A stretch of 64,000 bases of DNA from assembly GCA_964016885.1 (NCBI GenBank), contig OZ024740.1:279744001-279808000 (forward strand). Reading direction: 5' to 3'. Position numbers and translations under genes: made by a program. Source of the stretch: Eledone cirrhosa (taxonomy: Eukaryota). The notes below the pieces were generated by a model. The model searched no databases and was not told where the DNA came from. It saw only the letters and a program-made list of their open reading frames with translations. This document shows positions 37,301 to 51,700 of the stretch, one piece after another; within the stretch, counting starts at the first letter, position 1; each line of letters opens with the position of its first letter.

Positions 37301-40300
37301 AATTTGCCGGCGGAGTTACCTTTTCGATTGTGGGCCGGCCGCCCGTGGTCGGATCGATCTGTAATTACTGGTATATGTGCAGACATACATTTGCTGTGTG
37401 TGGTGTGATTTTCAAGAAAAACTGCCCATGGTAAATGAGGAAGCTGAAGTCCGGCGGCGAATTGTGTGCTTCGAAGAAAACGAATCACAAAAATGACTAT
37501 TTGCCGGCGGAGTTACATTTTTCTCGATCTTGGGCCGGCCGCCCGTGGTCGGATCGATCTGTAATTACTGGTATATGTGCAGACACTCATTGGCTGTGTG
37601 TGGTGTGATTTTCAAGAAAAGCTTCCCATGCTAAATGAGGAAGCTGAAGTCCACCAGCGAATGGTGTGTTTCGAAGAAACGAATCACAAAAATGCGAATT
37701 TGCCGACGGAGTTACCTTTTCGATCGTGGGCCGGCCGCCCGTGGTAGGATCGATCTGTAATTACTGGTACATGTGCAGACACTCATTGGCTGTGTGTGGT
37801 GTGATTTCCAAGAAAAGCTGCCCATGCTAAATGCGGAAGCTGAAGTCCCGCGGCGAATGGTGTGCTTCGAAGAAAACGAATCACAAAAATGACTATTTGC
37901 CGGCGGAGTTACCTTTTCGATGGTGGGCCGGCCGCCCGTGGTCGGATCGATCTGTAATTACTGTTCTATGTGCAGACACTCATTGGCTGTGTGTGGTGTG
38001 ATTTTCAAGAAAAGCTGCCCATATTAAATGCGGAAGCTGAAGTCCACCAGCGAATGGTGTGCTTCGAAGAAACGAATCACAAAAATGCGAATTTGCCGGC
38101 GGAGTTACCTTTTCGATCGTGGGCCGGCCGCCCGTGGTCGGATCGATCTGTACTTACTGGTATATGTGCAGACACTCATTGGCTGTGTGTGGTGTCATTT
38201 TCAAGAAAAGCCGCCCATGCTAAATGAGGCAGCTGAAGTCCACCAGCGAATGGTGTGCTTCGAAGAAACGAATCACAAAAATGCGAATTTGCCGGCGGAG
38301 TTACCTTTTCGATCGTGGGCCGGCCGCCTATGGTCGGATCGATCTGTAATTACTGGTCCATATGCAGACACACGTTTGCTGTGTGTGGTGTGATTTTCAA
38401 GAAAAGCTGCCCAGGCTAAATGAGGAAGCTGAAGTCCACCAGCGAATGGTGTGCTTCGAAGAAACGAATCACAAAAATGCGAATTTGCCGGCGGAGTTAC
38501 CTTTTCGATGGTGGGCCGGCCGCCCGTGGTCGGATCGATCTGTACTTACTGGTATATGTGCAGACACTCATTGGCTGTGTGTGGTGTGATTTTCAAGAAA
38601 AGCTGCCCATGCTAAATGAGGCAGCTGAAGTCCACCAGCGAATGGTGTGCTTCGAAGAAACGAATCACAAAAATGCGAATTTGCCGGCGGAGTTACCTTA
38701 TCGATCGTGGGCCGGCCGCCCGTGGTCGGATCGATCTGTACTTACTGGTATATGTGCAGACACGCATTGGCTGTGTGTGGTGTGATTTTCAAGAAAGGCT
38801 GCCCATGCTAAATGAGGCAGCTGAAGTCCACCAGCGAATGGTGTGCTTCGAAGAAACGAATCACAAAAATGCGAATTTGCCGGCGGAGTTACCTTTTCGA
38901 TCGTGGGCCGGCCGCCAATGGTCGGATCGATCTGTAATTACTGGTCCATATGCAGACACACGTTTGCTGTGTGTGGTGTGATTTTCAAGAAAAGCTGCCC
39001 ATGCTAAATGAGGAAGCTGAAGTCCACCAGCGAATGGTGTGCTTCGAAGAAACGAATCACAAAAATGCGAATTTGCCGGCGGAGTTACCTTTTTCTCGAT
39101 CGTGGGCCGGCGGCCCGTGGTCGCATCGATCTGTACTTACTGGGACTTGTGTAGACACTCATTGGCTATGTGTGGCGTGAATTTCAGCAAGATATCTCCG
39201 TAAAATCAATAGTTGTGGCTGTGTAACCAAACCGTGTTAAACGTCAACAAAGTTGTTGAGCGTAAGTTTGTTTACATTGAACTCGTGGTGGAATCGATCT
39301 GTAATTACTGGTACATGTGCAGACACACATTGGTCGTGTGTGGTGTGATTTTCAAAAAAAACTGCCCATGCTAAATTAGGCAGCTGAAGTCTACCAGCGA
39401 ATGGTGTGCTTCGAAGAAAACGAATCACAAAAATGACGATTTGCCGGCGGAGTTACATTTTCGATCGTGGGCCGGCCGTCCGTGGTCGGATCGATCTGTA
39501 ATTACTGGTACCTGTGCAGACATACATTTGCTGTGTGTGGTGTGATTTTCAAGAAAAGCTGCCCATGCTAAATGAGGAAGCTGAAGTCCGGCGGCGAATG
39601 GTGTGCTTCGAAGAAAACGAATCACAAAAATGACTATTTGCCGGCGGAGTTACCTTTTCGATCGTGGGCCGGCCGCCCGTGGTCGGATCGATCTGTAATT
39701 ACTGGTCCATATGCAGACACACGTTTGCTGTGTGTGGTGTGATTTTCAAGAAAAGCTGCCCATGCTAAATGAGGAAGCTGAAGTCCACCAGCGAATGGTG
39801 TGCTTCGAAGAAACGAATCACAAAAATGCGAATTTGCCGGCGGAGTTACCTTTTCGATCGTCGGCCGGCCGCCTATGGTCGGATCGATCTGTAATTACTG
39901 GTCCATATGCAGACACACGTTTGCTGTGTGTGGTGTGATTTTCAAGAAAAGCTGCCCATGCTAAATGAGGAAGCTGAAGTCCACCAGCGAATGGTGTGCT
40001 TCGAAGAAACGAATCACAAAAATGCGAATTTGCCGGCGGAGTTACCTTTTCGATCGTGGGCCGGCCGCCTATGGTCGGACCGATCTGTAATTACTGGTCC
40101 ATGTGCAGACACACATTTGCTGTGTGTGGTGTGATTTTCAAAAAAAGCTGCCCATGCTAAATGCGGAAGCTGAAGTCCACCAGCGAATGGTGTGCTTCGA
40201 AGAAACGAATCACAAAAATGCGAATTTGCCGGCGGAGTTACCTTTTTCTCGATCGTGGGCCGGCCGCCCGTGGTCGCATCGATCTGTACTTACTGGGACT

Positions 40301-42370
40301 TGTGTAGACACTCATTGGCTATGTGTGGCGTGAATTTCAGCAAGATATCTCCGTAAAATCAATAGTTGTGGCTGTGTAACCAAACCGTGTTAAACGTCAA
40401 CAAAGTTGTTGAGCGTAAGTTTGTTTACATTGAACTCGTGGTGGAATCGATCTGTAATTACTGGTACATGTGCAGACACACATTGGTCGTGTGTGGTGTG
40501 ATTTTCAAAAAAAACTGCCCATGCTAAATTAGGCAGCTGAAGTCTACCAGCGAATGGTGTGCTTCGAAGAAAACGAATCACAAAAATGACGATTTGCCGG
40601 CGGAGTTACATTTTCGATCGTGGGCCGGCCGCCCGTGGTCGGATCGATCTGTAATTACTGGTCCATATGCAGACACACGTTTGCTGTGTGTGGTGTGATT
40701 TTCAAGAAAAGCTGCCCATGCTAAATGAGGAAGCTGAAGTCCACCAGCGAATGGTGTGCTTCGAAGAAACGAATCACAAAAATGCGAATTTGCCGGCGGA
40801 GTTACCTTTTCGATGGTGGGCCGGCCGCCCGTGGTCGGATCGATCTGTACTTACTGGTGTATGTGCAGACACTCATTGGCTGTGTGTGGTGTGATTTTCA
40901 AGAAAAGCTGCCCATGCTAAATGAGGCAGCTGAAGTCCACCAGCGAATGGTGTGCTTCGAAGAAACGAATCACAAAAATGCGAATTTGCCGGCGGAGTTA
41001 CCTTATCGATCGTGGGCCGGCCGCCCGTGGTCGGATCGATCTGTACTTACTGGTATATGTGCAGACACGCATTGGCTGTGTGTGGTGTGATTTTCAAGAA
41101 AGGCTGCCCATGCTAAATGAGGCAGCTGAAGTCCACCAGCGAATGGTGTGCTTCGAAGAAACGAATCACAAAAATGCGAATTTGCCGGCGGAGTTACCTT
41201 TTCGATCGTGGGCCGGCCGCCTATGGTCGGACCGATCTGTAATTACTGGTCCATGTGCAGACACACATTTGCTGTGTGTGGTGTGATTTTCAAAAAAAGC
41301 TGCCCATGCTAAATGCGGAAGCTGAAGTCCACCAGCGAATGGTGTGCTTCGAAGAAACGAATCACAAAAATGCGAATTTGCCGGCGGAGTTACCTTTTTC
41401 TCGATCGTGGGCCGGCCGCCCGTGGTCGCATCGATATGTACTTACTGGGACTTGTGTAGACACTCATTGGCTATGTGTGGCGTGAATTTCAGCAAGATAT
41501 CTCCGTAAAATCAATAGTTGTGGCTGTGTAACCAAACCGTGTTAAACGTCAACAAAGTTGTTGAGCGTAAGTTTGTTTACATTGAACTCGTGGTGGAATC
41601 GATCTGTAATTACTGGTACATGTGCAGACACACATTGGTCGTGTGTGGTGTGATTTTCAAAAAAAACTGCCCATGCTAAATTAGGCAGCTGAAGTCTACC
41701 AGCGAATGGTGTGCTTCGAAGAAAACGAATCACAAAAATGACGATTTGCCGGCGGAGTTACATTTTCGATCGTGGGCCGGCCGCCTATGGTCGGATCGAT
41801 CTGTAATTACTGGTCCATATGCAGACACACGTTTGCTGTGTGTGGTGTGATTTTCAAGAAAAGCTGCCCATGCTAAATGAGGAAGCTGAAGTCCACCAGC
41901 GAATGGTGTGCTTCGAAGAAACGAATCACAAAAATGCGAATTTGCCGGCGGAGTTACCTTTTCGATGGTGGGCCGGCCGCCCGTGGTCGGATCGATCTGT
42001 ACTTACTGGTGTATGTGCAGACACTCATTGGCTGTGTGTGGTGTGATTTTCAAGAAAAGCTGCCCATGCTAAATGAGGCAGCTGAAGTCCACCAGCGAAT
42101 GGTGTGCTTCGAAGAAACGAATCACAAAAATGCGAATTTGCCGGCGGAGTTACCTTATCGATCGTGGGCCGGCCGCCCGTGGTCGGATCGATCTGTACTT
42201 ACTGGTATATGTGCAGACACGCATTGGCTGTGTGTGGTGTGATTTTCAAGAAAGGCTGCCCATGCTAAATGAGGCAGCTGAAGTCCACCAGCGAATGGTG
42301 TGCTTCGAAGAAACGAATCACAAAAATGCGAATTTGCCGGCGGAGTTACCTTTTCGATCGTGGGCCGGCC
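31370..42370. repeat. About 4.4-kb block repeated at 6603-bp (34-monomer) offset
   Basis: Offsets 31759/38362, 32347/38950, 32634/39237, 33304/39907 and 35216/41819 are all 6603. Confidence 0.8.
35480..38200. repeat. 1377-bp (7-monomer) tandem duplication lacking the 168-bp monomer
   Basis: Offsets 35470/36847, 35804/37181 and 36593/37970 are all 1377. Private marker ATGGTAAATG at about 36051 and 37428. Confidence 0.85.
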
Positions 42371-43100
42371 GCCTATGGTCGGACCGATCTGTAATTACTG
42401 GTCCATGTGCAGACACACATTTGCTGTGTGTGGTGTGATTTTCAAAAAAAGCTGCCCATGCTAAATGCGGAAGCTGAAGTCCACCAGCGAATGGTGTGCT
42501 TCGAAGAAACGAATCACAAAAATGCGAATTTGCCGGCGGAGTTACCTTTTTCTCGATCGTGGGCCGGCCGCCCGTGGTCGCATCGATATGTACTTACTGG
42601 GACTTGTGTAGACACTCATTGGCTATGTGTGGCGTGAATTTCAGCAAGATATCTCCGTAAAATCAATAGTTGTGGCTGTGTAACCAAACCGTGTTAAACG
42701 TCAACAAAGTTGTTGAGCGTAAGTTTGTTTACATTGAACTCGTGGTGGAATCGATCTGTAATTACTGGTACATGTGCAGACACACATTGGTCGTGTGTGG
42801 TGTGATTTTCAAAAAAAACTGCCCATGCTAAATTAGGCAGCTGAAGTCTACCAGCGAATGGTGTGCTTCGAAGAAAACGAATCACAAAAATGACGATTTG
42901 CCGGCGGAGTTACATTTTCGATCGTGGGCCGGCCGCCTATGGTCGGATCGATCTGTAATTACTGGTCCATATGCAGACACACGTTTGCTGTGTGTGGTGT
43001 GATTTTCAAGAAAAGCTGCCCATGCTAAATGAGGAAGCTGAAGTCCACCAGCGAATGGTGTGCTTCGAAGAAACGAATCACAAAAATGCGAATTTGCCGG
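39990..43100. repeat. 1152-bp (6-monomer) higher-order repeat, about 2.7 copies
   Basis: Series 40103/41255/42407, 40390/41542/42694 and 40667/41819/42971. Marker TCGATATGTA occurs in the last two copies. Confidence 0.88.
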
Positions 43101-44429
43101 CGGAGTTACCTTTTCGATCGTGGGCCGGCCGCCTATGGTCGGATCGATCTGTAATTACTGGTCCATGTGCAGACACACATTTGCTGTGTGTGGTGTGATT
43201 TTCAAAAAAAGCTGCCCATGCTAAATGCGGAAGCTGAAGTCCACCAGCGAATGGTGTGCTTCGAAGAAACGAATCACAAAAATGCGAATTTGCCGGCGGA
43301 GTTACCATTTTCTCGATCGTGGGCCGGCCGCCCGTGGTCGCATCGATCTGTACTTACTGGGACTTGTGTAGACACTCATTGGCTGTGTGTGGTGTGATTT
43401 TCAAGAAAAGCTTCCCATGCTAAATGAGGAAGCTGAAGTCCACCAGCGAATGGTGTGCTTCGAAGAAACGAATCACAAAAATGCGAATTTGCCGGCGGAG
43501 TTACCTTTTCGATCGTGGGCCGGCCGCCCGTGGTAGGATCGATCTGTAATTACTGGTACATGTGCAGACACTCATTGGCTGTGTGTGGTGTGATTTTCAA
43601 GAAAAGCTGCCCATGCTAAATGAGGAAGCTGAAGTCCACCAGCGAATGGTGTGCTTCGAAGAAACGAATCACAAAAATGCGAATTTGCCGGCGGAGTTAC
43701 CTTTTCGATGGTGGGCCGGCCGCCCGTGGTCGGATCGATCTGTACTTACTGGTATATGTGCAGACACTCATTGGCTGTGTGTGGTGTGATTTTCAAGAAA
43801 AGCTGCCCATGCTAAATGAGGCAGCTGAAGTCCACCAGCGAATGGTGTGCTTCGAAGAAACGAATCACAAAAATGCGAATTTGCCGACGGAGTTACCTTA
43901 TCGATCGTGGGCCGGCCGCCCGTGGTCGGATCGATCTGTAATTACTGGTCCATATGCAGACACACGTTTGCTGTGTGTGGTGTGATTTTCAAGAAAAGCT
44001 GCCCATGCTAAATGAGGAAGCTGAAGTCCGACGGCGAATGGTGTGCTTCGAAGAAAACAAATCACAAAAATGACTATTTGCCGGCGGAGTTACCTTTTCG
44101 ATCGTGGGCCAGCCGCCCGTAGTCTGATCGATCTGTAATTACTGGTCCATATGCAGACACACGTTTGCTGTGTGTGGTGTGATTTTCAAGAAAAGCTGCC
44201 CATGCTAAATGAGGAAGCTGAAGTCCACCAGCGAATGGTGTGCTTCGAAGAAACGAATCACAAAAATGCGAATTTGCCGGCGGAGTTACCTTATCGATCG
44301 TGGGCCGGCCGCCCGTGGTCGGATCGATCTGTACTTACTGGTATATGTGCAGACACGCATTGGCTGTGTGTGGTGTGATTTTCAAGAAAGGCTGCCCATG
44401 CTAAATGAGGCAGCTGAAGTCCACCAGCG

Positions 44430-47400
44430 AATGGTGTGCTTCGAAGAAACGAATCACAAAAATGCGAATTTGCCGGCGGAGTTACCTTTTCGATCGTGGG
44501 CCGGCCGCCTATGGTCGGGTCGATCTGTAATTACTGGTCCATATGCAGACACACGTTTGCTGTGTGTGGTGTGATTTTCAAGAAAAGCTGCCCATGCTAA
44601 ATGAGGAAGCTGAAGTCCACCAGCGAATGGTGTGCTTCGAAGAAACGAATCACAAAAATGCGAATTTGCCGGCGGAGTTACCTTTTTCTCGATCGTGGGC
44701 CGGCCGCCCGTGGTGGCATCGGTCTGTACTTACTGGGACTTGTGTAGACACTCATTGGCTATGTGTGGCGTGAATTTCAGCAAGATATCTCTGTAAAATC
44801 AATAGTTGTGGCTGTGTAACCAAACCGTGTTAAACGTCAACAAAGTTGTTGAGCGTAAGTTTGTTTACATTGAACTCGTGGTGGAATCGATCTGTAATTA
44901 CTGGTACATGTGCAGACACACATTGGTCGTGTGTGGTGTGATTTTCAAAAAAAACTGCCCATGCTAAATTAGGCAGCTGAAGTCTACCAGCGAATGGTGT
45001 TCTTCGAAGGAAACGAATCACAAAAATGACGATTTGCCGGCGGAGTTACATTTTCGATCGTGGGCCGGCCGTCCGTGGTCGGATCGATCTGTACTTACTG
45101 GTACCTGTGCAGACATACATTTGCTGTGTGTGGTGTGATTTTCAAGAAAAGCTGCCCATGCTAAATGAGGAAGCTGAAGTCCGACGGCGAATGGTGTGCT
45201 TCGAAGAAAACAAATCACAAAAATGACTATTTGCCGGCGGAGTTACCTTTTCGATCGTGGGCCAGCCGCCCGTGGTCTGATCGATCTGTAATTACTGGTC
45301 CATATGCAGACACACGTTTGCTGTGTGTGGTGTGATTTTCAAGAAAAGCTGCCCATGCTAAATGAGGAAGCTGAAGTCCACCAGCGAATGGTGTGCTTCG
45401 AAGAAACGAATCACAAAAATGCGAATTTGCCGGCGGAGTTACCTTTTCGATCGTCGGCCGGCCGCCTATGGTCGGATCGATCTGTAATTACTGGTCCATA
45501 TGCAGACACACGTTTGCTGTGTGTGGTGTGATTTTCAAGAAAAGCTGCCCATGCTAAATGAGGAAGCTGAAGTCCACCAGCGAATGGTGTGCTTCGAAGA
45601 AACGAATCACAAAAATGCGAATTTGCCGGCGGAGTTACCTTATCGATCGTGGGCCGGCCGCCCGTGGTCGGATCGATCTGTACTTACTGGTATATGTGCA
45701 GACACGCATTGGCTGTGTGTGGTGTGATTTTCAAGAAAGGCTGCCCATGCTAAATGAGGCAGCTGAAGTCCACCAGCGAATGGTGTGCTTCGAAGAAACG
45801 AATCACAAAAATGCGAATTTGCCGGCGGAGTTACCTTTTTCTCGATCGTGGGCCGGCCGCCCGTGGTCGCATCGATCTGTACTTACTGGGACTTGTGTAG
45901 ACACTCATTGGCTATGTGTGGCGTGAATTTCAGCAAGATATCTCCGTAAAATCAATAGTTGTGGCTGTGTAACCAAACCGTGTTAAACGTCAACAAAGTT
46001 GTTGAGCGTAAGTTTGTTTACATTGAACTCGTGGTGGAATCGATCTGTAATTACTGGTACATGTGCAGACACACATTGGTCGTGTGTGGTGTGATTTTCA
46101 AAAAAAACTGCCCATGCTAAATTAGGCAGCTGAAGTCTACCAGCGAATGGTGTGCTTCGAAGAAAACGAATCACAAAAATGACGATTTGCCGGCGGAGTT
46201 ACATTTTCGATCGTGGGCCGGCCGTCCGTGGTCGGATCGATCTGTAATTACTGGGACCTGTGCAGACATACATTTGCTGTGTGTGGTGTGATTTTCAAGA
46301 AAGGCTGCCCATGCTAAATGAGGAAGCTGAAGTCCGGCGGCGAATGGTGTGCTTCGAAGAAAACGAATCACAAAAATGACTATTTGCCGGCGGAGTTACC
46401 TTTTTCTCGATCGTGGGCCGGCCGCCCGTGGTCGGATCGATCTGTAATTACTGGTCCATATGCAGACACACGTTTGCTGTGTGTGGTGTGATTTTCAAGA
46501 AAAGCTGCCCATGCTAAATGAGGAAGCTGAAGTCCACCAGCGAATGGTGTGCTTCGAAGAAACGAATCACAAAAATGCGAATTTGCCGGCGGAGTTACCT
46601 TTTCGATCGTGGGCCGGCCGCCTATGGTCGGGTCGATCTGTAATTACTGGTCCATATGCAGACACACGTTTGCTGTGTGTGGTGTGATTTTCAAGAAAAG
46701 CTGCCCATGCTAAATGAGGAAGCTGAAGTCCACCAGCGAATGGTGTGCTTCGAAGAAACGAATCACAAAAATGCGAATTTGCCGGCGGAGTTACCTTTTT
46801 CTCGATCGTGGGCCGGCCGCCCGTGGTGGCATCGATCTGTACTTACTGGGACTTGTGTAGACACTCATTGGCTATGTGTGGCGTGAATTTCAGCAAGATA
46901 TCTCTGTAAAATCAATAGTTGTGGCTGTGTAACCAAACCGTGTTAAACGTCAACAAAGTTGTTGAGCGTAAGTTTGTTTACATTGAACTCGTGGTGGAAT
47001 CGATCTGTAATTACTGGTACATGTGCAGACACACATTGGTCGTGTGTGGTGTGATTTTCAAAAAAAACTGCCCATGCTAAATTAGGCAGCTGAAGTCTAC
47101 CAGCGAATGGTGTTCTTCGAAGGAAACGAATCACAAAAATGACGATTTGCCGGCGGAGTTACATTTTCGATCGTGGGCCGGCCGTCCGTGGTCGGATCGA
47201 TCTGTACTTACTGGTACCTGTGCAGACATACATTTGCTGTGTGTGGTGTGATTTTCAAGAAAAGCTGCCCATGCTAAATGAGGAAGCTGAAGTCCGACGG
47301 CGAATGGTGTGCTTCGAAGAAAACAAATCACAAAAATGACTATTTGCCGGCGGAGTTACCTTTTCGATCGTGGGCCAGCCGCCCGTGGTCTGATCGATCT

Positions 47401-48720
47401 GTAATTACTGGTCCATATGCAGACACACGTTTGCTGTGTGTGGTGTGATTTTCAAGAAAAGCTGCCCATGCTAAATGAGGAAGCTGAAGTCCACCAGCGA
47501 ATGGTGTGCTTCGAAGAAACGAATCACAAAAATGCGAATTTGCCGGCGGAGTTACCTTTTCGATCGTCGGCCGGCCGCCTATGGTCGGATCGATCTGTAA
47601 TTACTGGTCCATATGCAGACACACGATTGCTGTGTGTGGTGTGATTTTCAAGAAAAGCTGCCCATGCTAAATGAGGAAGCTGAAGTCCACCAGCGAATGG
47701 TGTGCTTCGAAGAAACGAATCACAAAAATGCGAATTTGCCGGCGGAGTTACCTTATCGATCGTGGGCCGGCCGCCCGTGGTCGGATCGATCTGTACTTAC
47801 TGGTATATGTGCAGACACGCATTGGCTGTGTGTGGTGTGATTTTCAAGAAAGGCTGCCCATGCTAAATGAGGCAGCTGAAGTCCACCAGCGAATGGTGTG
47901 CTTCGAAGAAACGAATCACAAAAATGCGAATTTGCCGGCGGAGTTACCTTTTTCTCGATCGTGGGCCGGCCGCCCGTGGTCGCATCGATCTGTACTTACT
48001 GGGACTTGTGTAGACACTCATTGGCTATGTGTGGCGTGAATTTCAGCAAGATATCTCCGTAAAATCAATAGTTGTGGCTGTGTAACCAAACCGTGTTAAA
48101 CGTCAACAAAGTTGTTGAGCGTAAGTTTGTTTACATTGAACTCGTGGTGGAATCGATCTGTAATTACTGGTACATGTGCAGACACACATTGGTCGTGTGT
48201 GGTGTGATTTTCAAAAAAAACTGCCCATGCTAAATTAGGCAGCTGAAGTCTACCAGCGAATGGTGTGCTTCGAAGAAAACGAATCACAAAAATGACGATT
48301 TGCCGGCGGAGTTACATTTTCGATCGTGGGCCGGCCGTCCGTGGTCGGATCGATCTGTAATTACTGGGACCTGTGCAGACATACATTTGCTGTGTGTGGT
48401 GTGATTTTCAAGAAAGGCTGCCCATGCTAAATGAGGAAGCTGAAGTCCGGCGGCGAATGGTGTGCTTCGAAGAAAACGAATCACAAAAATGACTATTTGC
48501 CGGCGGAGTTACCTTTTTCTCGATCGTGGGCCGGCCGCCCGTGGTCGGATCGATCTGTAATTACTGGTCCATATGCAGACACACGTTTGCTGTGTGTGGT
48601 GTGATTTTCAAGAAAAGCTGCCCATGCTAAATGAGGAAGCTGAAGTCCACCAGCGAATGGTGTGCTTCGAAGAAACGAATCACAAAAATGCGAATTTGCC
48701 GGCGGAGTTACCTTTTCGAT
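44430..48720. repeat. 2113-bp (11-monomer) higher-order repeat, 2 copies, each with two 168-bp monomers
   Basis: Offsets 44543/46656, 44830/46943, 45304/47417, 45983/48096 and 46460/48573 are all 2113. Markers GGTCGGGTCG, GGTGGCATC and CTGGGACCTG. Confidence 0.9.
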
Positions 48721-51700
48721 CGTCGGCCGGCCGCCTATGGTCGGATCGATCTGTAATTACTGGTCCATATGCAGACACACGTTTGCTGTGTGTGGTGTGA
48801 TTTTCAAGAAAAGCTGCCCATGCTAAATGAGGAAGCTGAAGTCCACCAGCGAATGGTGTGCTTCGAAGAAACGAATCACAAAAATGCGAATTTGCCGGCG
48901 GAGTTACCTTTTCGATGGTGGGCCGGCCGCCCGTGGTCGGATCGATCTGTACTTACTGGTATATGTGCAGACACTCATTGGCTGTGTGTGGTGTGATTTT
49001 CAAGAAAAGCTGCCCATGCTAAATGAGGCAGCTGAAGTCCACCAGCGAATGGTGTGCTTCGAAGAAACGAATCACAAAAATGCGAATTTGCCGACGGAGT
49101 TACCTTATCGATCGTGGGCCGGCCGCCCGTGGTCGGATCGATCTGTAATTACTGGTCCATATGCAGACACACGTTTGCTGTGTGTGGTGTGATTTTCAAG
49201 AAAAGCTGCCCATGCTAAATGAGGAAGCTGAAGTCCACCAGCGAATGGTGTGCTTCGAAGAAACGAATCACAAAAATGCGAATTTGCCGGCGGAGTTACC
49301 TTTTTCTCGATTGTGGGCCGGCCGCCCGTGGTCGCATCGATCTGTACTTACTGGGACTTGTGTAGACACTCATTGGCTATGTGTGGCGTGAATTTCAGCA
49401 AGATATCTCTGTAAAATCAATAGTTGTGGCTGTGTAACCAAACCGTGTTAAACGTCAACAAAGTTGTTGAGCGTAAGTTTGTTTACATTGAACTCGTGGT
49501 GGAATCGATCTGTAATTACTGGTACATGTGCAGACACACATTGGTCGTGTGTGGTGTGATTTTCAAAAAAAACTGCCCATGCTAAATTAGGCAGCTGAAG
49601 TCTACCAGCGAATGGTGTTCTTCGAAGGAAACGAATCAAAAAATGACGATTTGCCGGCGGAGTTACATTTGCGATCGTGGGCCGGCCGTCCGTGGTCGGA
49701 TCGATCTGTAATTACTGGTACCTGTGCAGACATACATTTGCTGTGTGTGGTGTGATTTTCAAGAAAAGCTGCCCATGCTAAATGAGGAAGCTGAAGTCCG
49801 ACGGCGAATGGTGTGCTTCGAAGAAAACAAATCACAAAAATGACTATTTGCCGGCGGAGTTACCTTTTCGATCGTGGGCCAGCCGCCCGTGGTCTGATCG
49901 ATCTGTAATTACTGGTCCATATGCAGACACACGTTTGCTGTGTGTGGTGTGATTTTCAAGAAAAGCTGCCCATGCTAAATGAGGAAGCTGAAGTCCACCA
50001 GCGAATGGTGTGCTTCGAAGAAACGAATCACAAAAATGCGAATTTGCCGGCGGAGTTACCTTTTCGATCGTCGGCCGGCCGCCTATGGTCGGATCGATCT
50101 GTAATTACTGGTCCATATGCAGACACACGTTTGCTGTGTGTGGTGTGATTTTCAAGAAAAGCTGCCCATGCTAAATGAGGAAGCTGAAGTCCACCAGCGA
50201 ATGGTGTGCTTCGAAGAAACGAATCACAAAAATGCGAATTTGCCGGCGGAGTTACCTTTTCGATCGTGGGCCGGCCGCCCGTGGTAGGATCGATCTGTAA
50301 TTACTGGTACATGTGCAGACACTCATTGGCTGTGTGTGGTGTGATTTTCAAGAAAAGCTGCCCATGCTAAATGAGGAAGCTGAAGTCCACCAGCGAATGG
50401 TGTGCTTCGAAGAAACGAATCACAAAAATGCGAATTTGCCGGCGGAGTTACCTTTTCGATCGTGGGCCGGCCGCCTATGGTCGGATCGATCTGTAATTAC
50501 TGGTCCATGTGCAGACACACATTTGCTGTGTGTGGTGTGATTTTCAAAAAAAGCTGCCCATGCTAAATGCGGAAGCTGAAGTCCACCAGCGAATGGTGTG
50601 CTTCGAAGAAACGAATCACAAAAATGCGAATTTGCCAGCGGAGTTACCTTTTTCTCGATCGTGGGCCGGCCGCCCGTGGTCGCATCGATCTGTACTTACT
50701 GGGACTTGTGTAGACACTCATTGGCTATGAGTGGCGTGAATTTCAGCAAGATATCTCCGTAAAATCAATAGTTGTGGCTGTGTAACCAAACCGTGTTAAA
50801 CGTCAACAAAGTTGTTGAGCGTAAGTTTGTTTACATTGAACTCGTGGTGGAATCGATTTGTAATTACTGGTACATGTGCAGACACACATTGGTCGTGTGT
50901 GGTGTGATTTTCAAAAAAAACTGCCCATGCTAAATTAGGCAGCTGAAGTCTACCAGCGAATGGTGTGCTTCGAAGAAAACGAATCACAAAAATGACGATT
51001 TGCCGGCGGAGTTACATTTTCGATCGTGGGCCGGCCGTCCGTGGTTGGATCGATCTGTAATTACTGGTACCTGTGCAGACATACATTTGCTGTGTGTGGT
51101 GTGATTTTCAAGAAAGGCTGCCCATGCTAAATGAGGAAGCTGAAGTCCGGCGGCGAATGGTGTGCTTCGAAGAAAACGAATCACAAAAATGACTATTTGC
51201 CGGCGGAGTTATCTTTTCGATCGTGGGCCGGCCGCCCGTGGTCGGATCGATCTGTAATTACTGGTCCATATGCAGACACACGTTTGCTGTGTGTGGTGTG
51301 ATTTTCAAGAAAAGCTGCCCATGCTAAATGAGGAAGCTGAAGTCCACCAGCGAATGGTGTGCTTCGAAGAAACGAATCACAAAAATGCGAATTTGCCGGC
51401 GGAGTTACCTTTTCGATCGTCGGCCGGCCGCCTATGGTCGGATCGATCTGTAATTACTGGTCCATATGCAGACACACGTTTGCTGTGTGTGGTGCGATTT
51501 TCAAGAAAAGCTGCCCATGCTAAATGAGGAAGCTGAAGTCCACCAGCGAATGGTGTGCTTCGAAGAAACGAATCACAAAAATGCGAATTTGCCGGCGGAG
51601 TTACCTTTTCGATGGTGGGCCGGCCGCCCGTGGTCGGATCGATCTGTAATTACTGTTCTATGTGCAGACACTCATTGGCTGTGTGTGGCGTGATTTTCAA

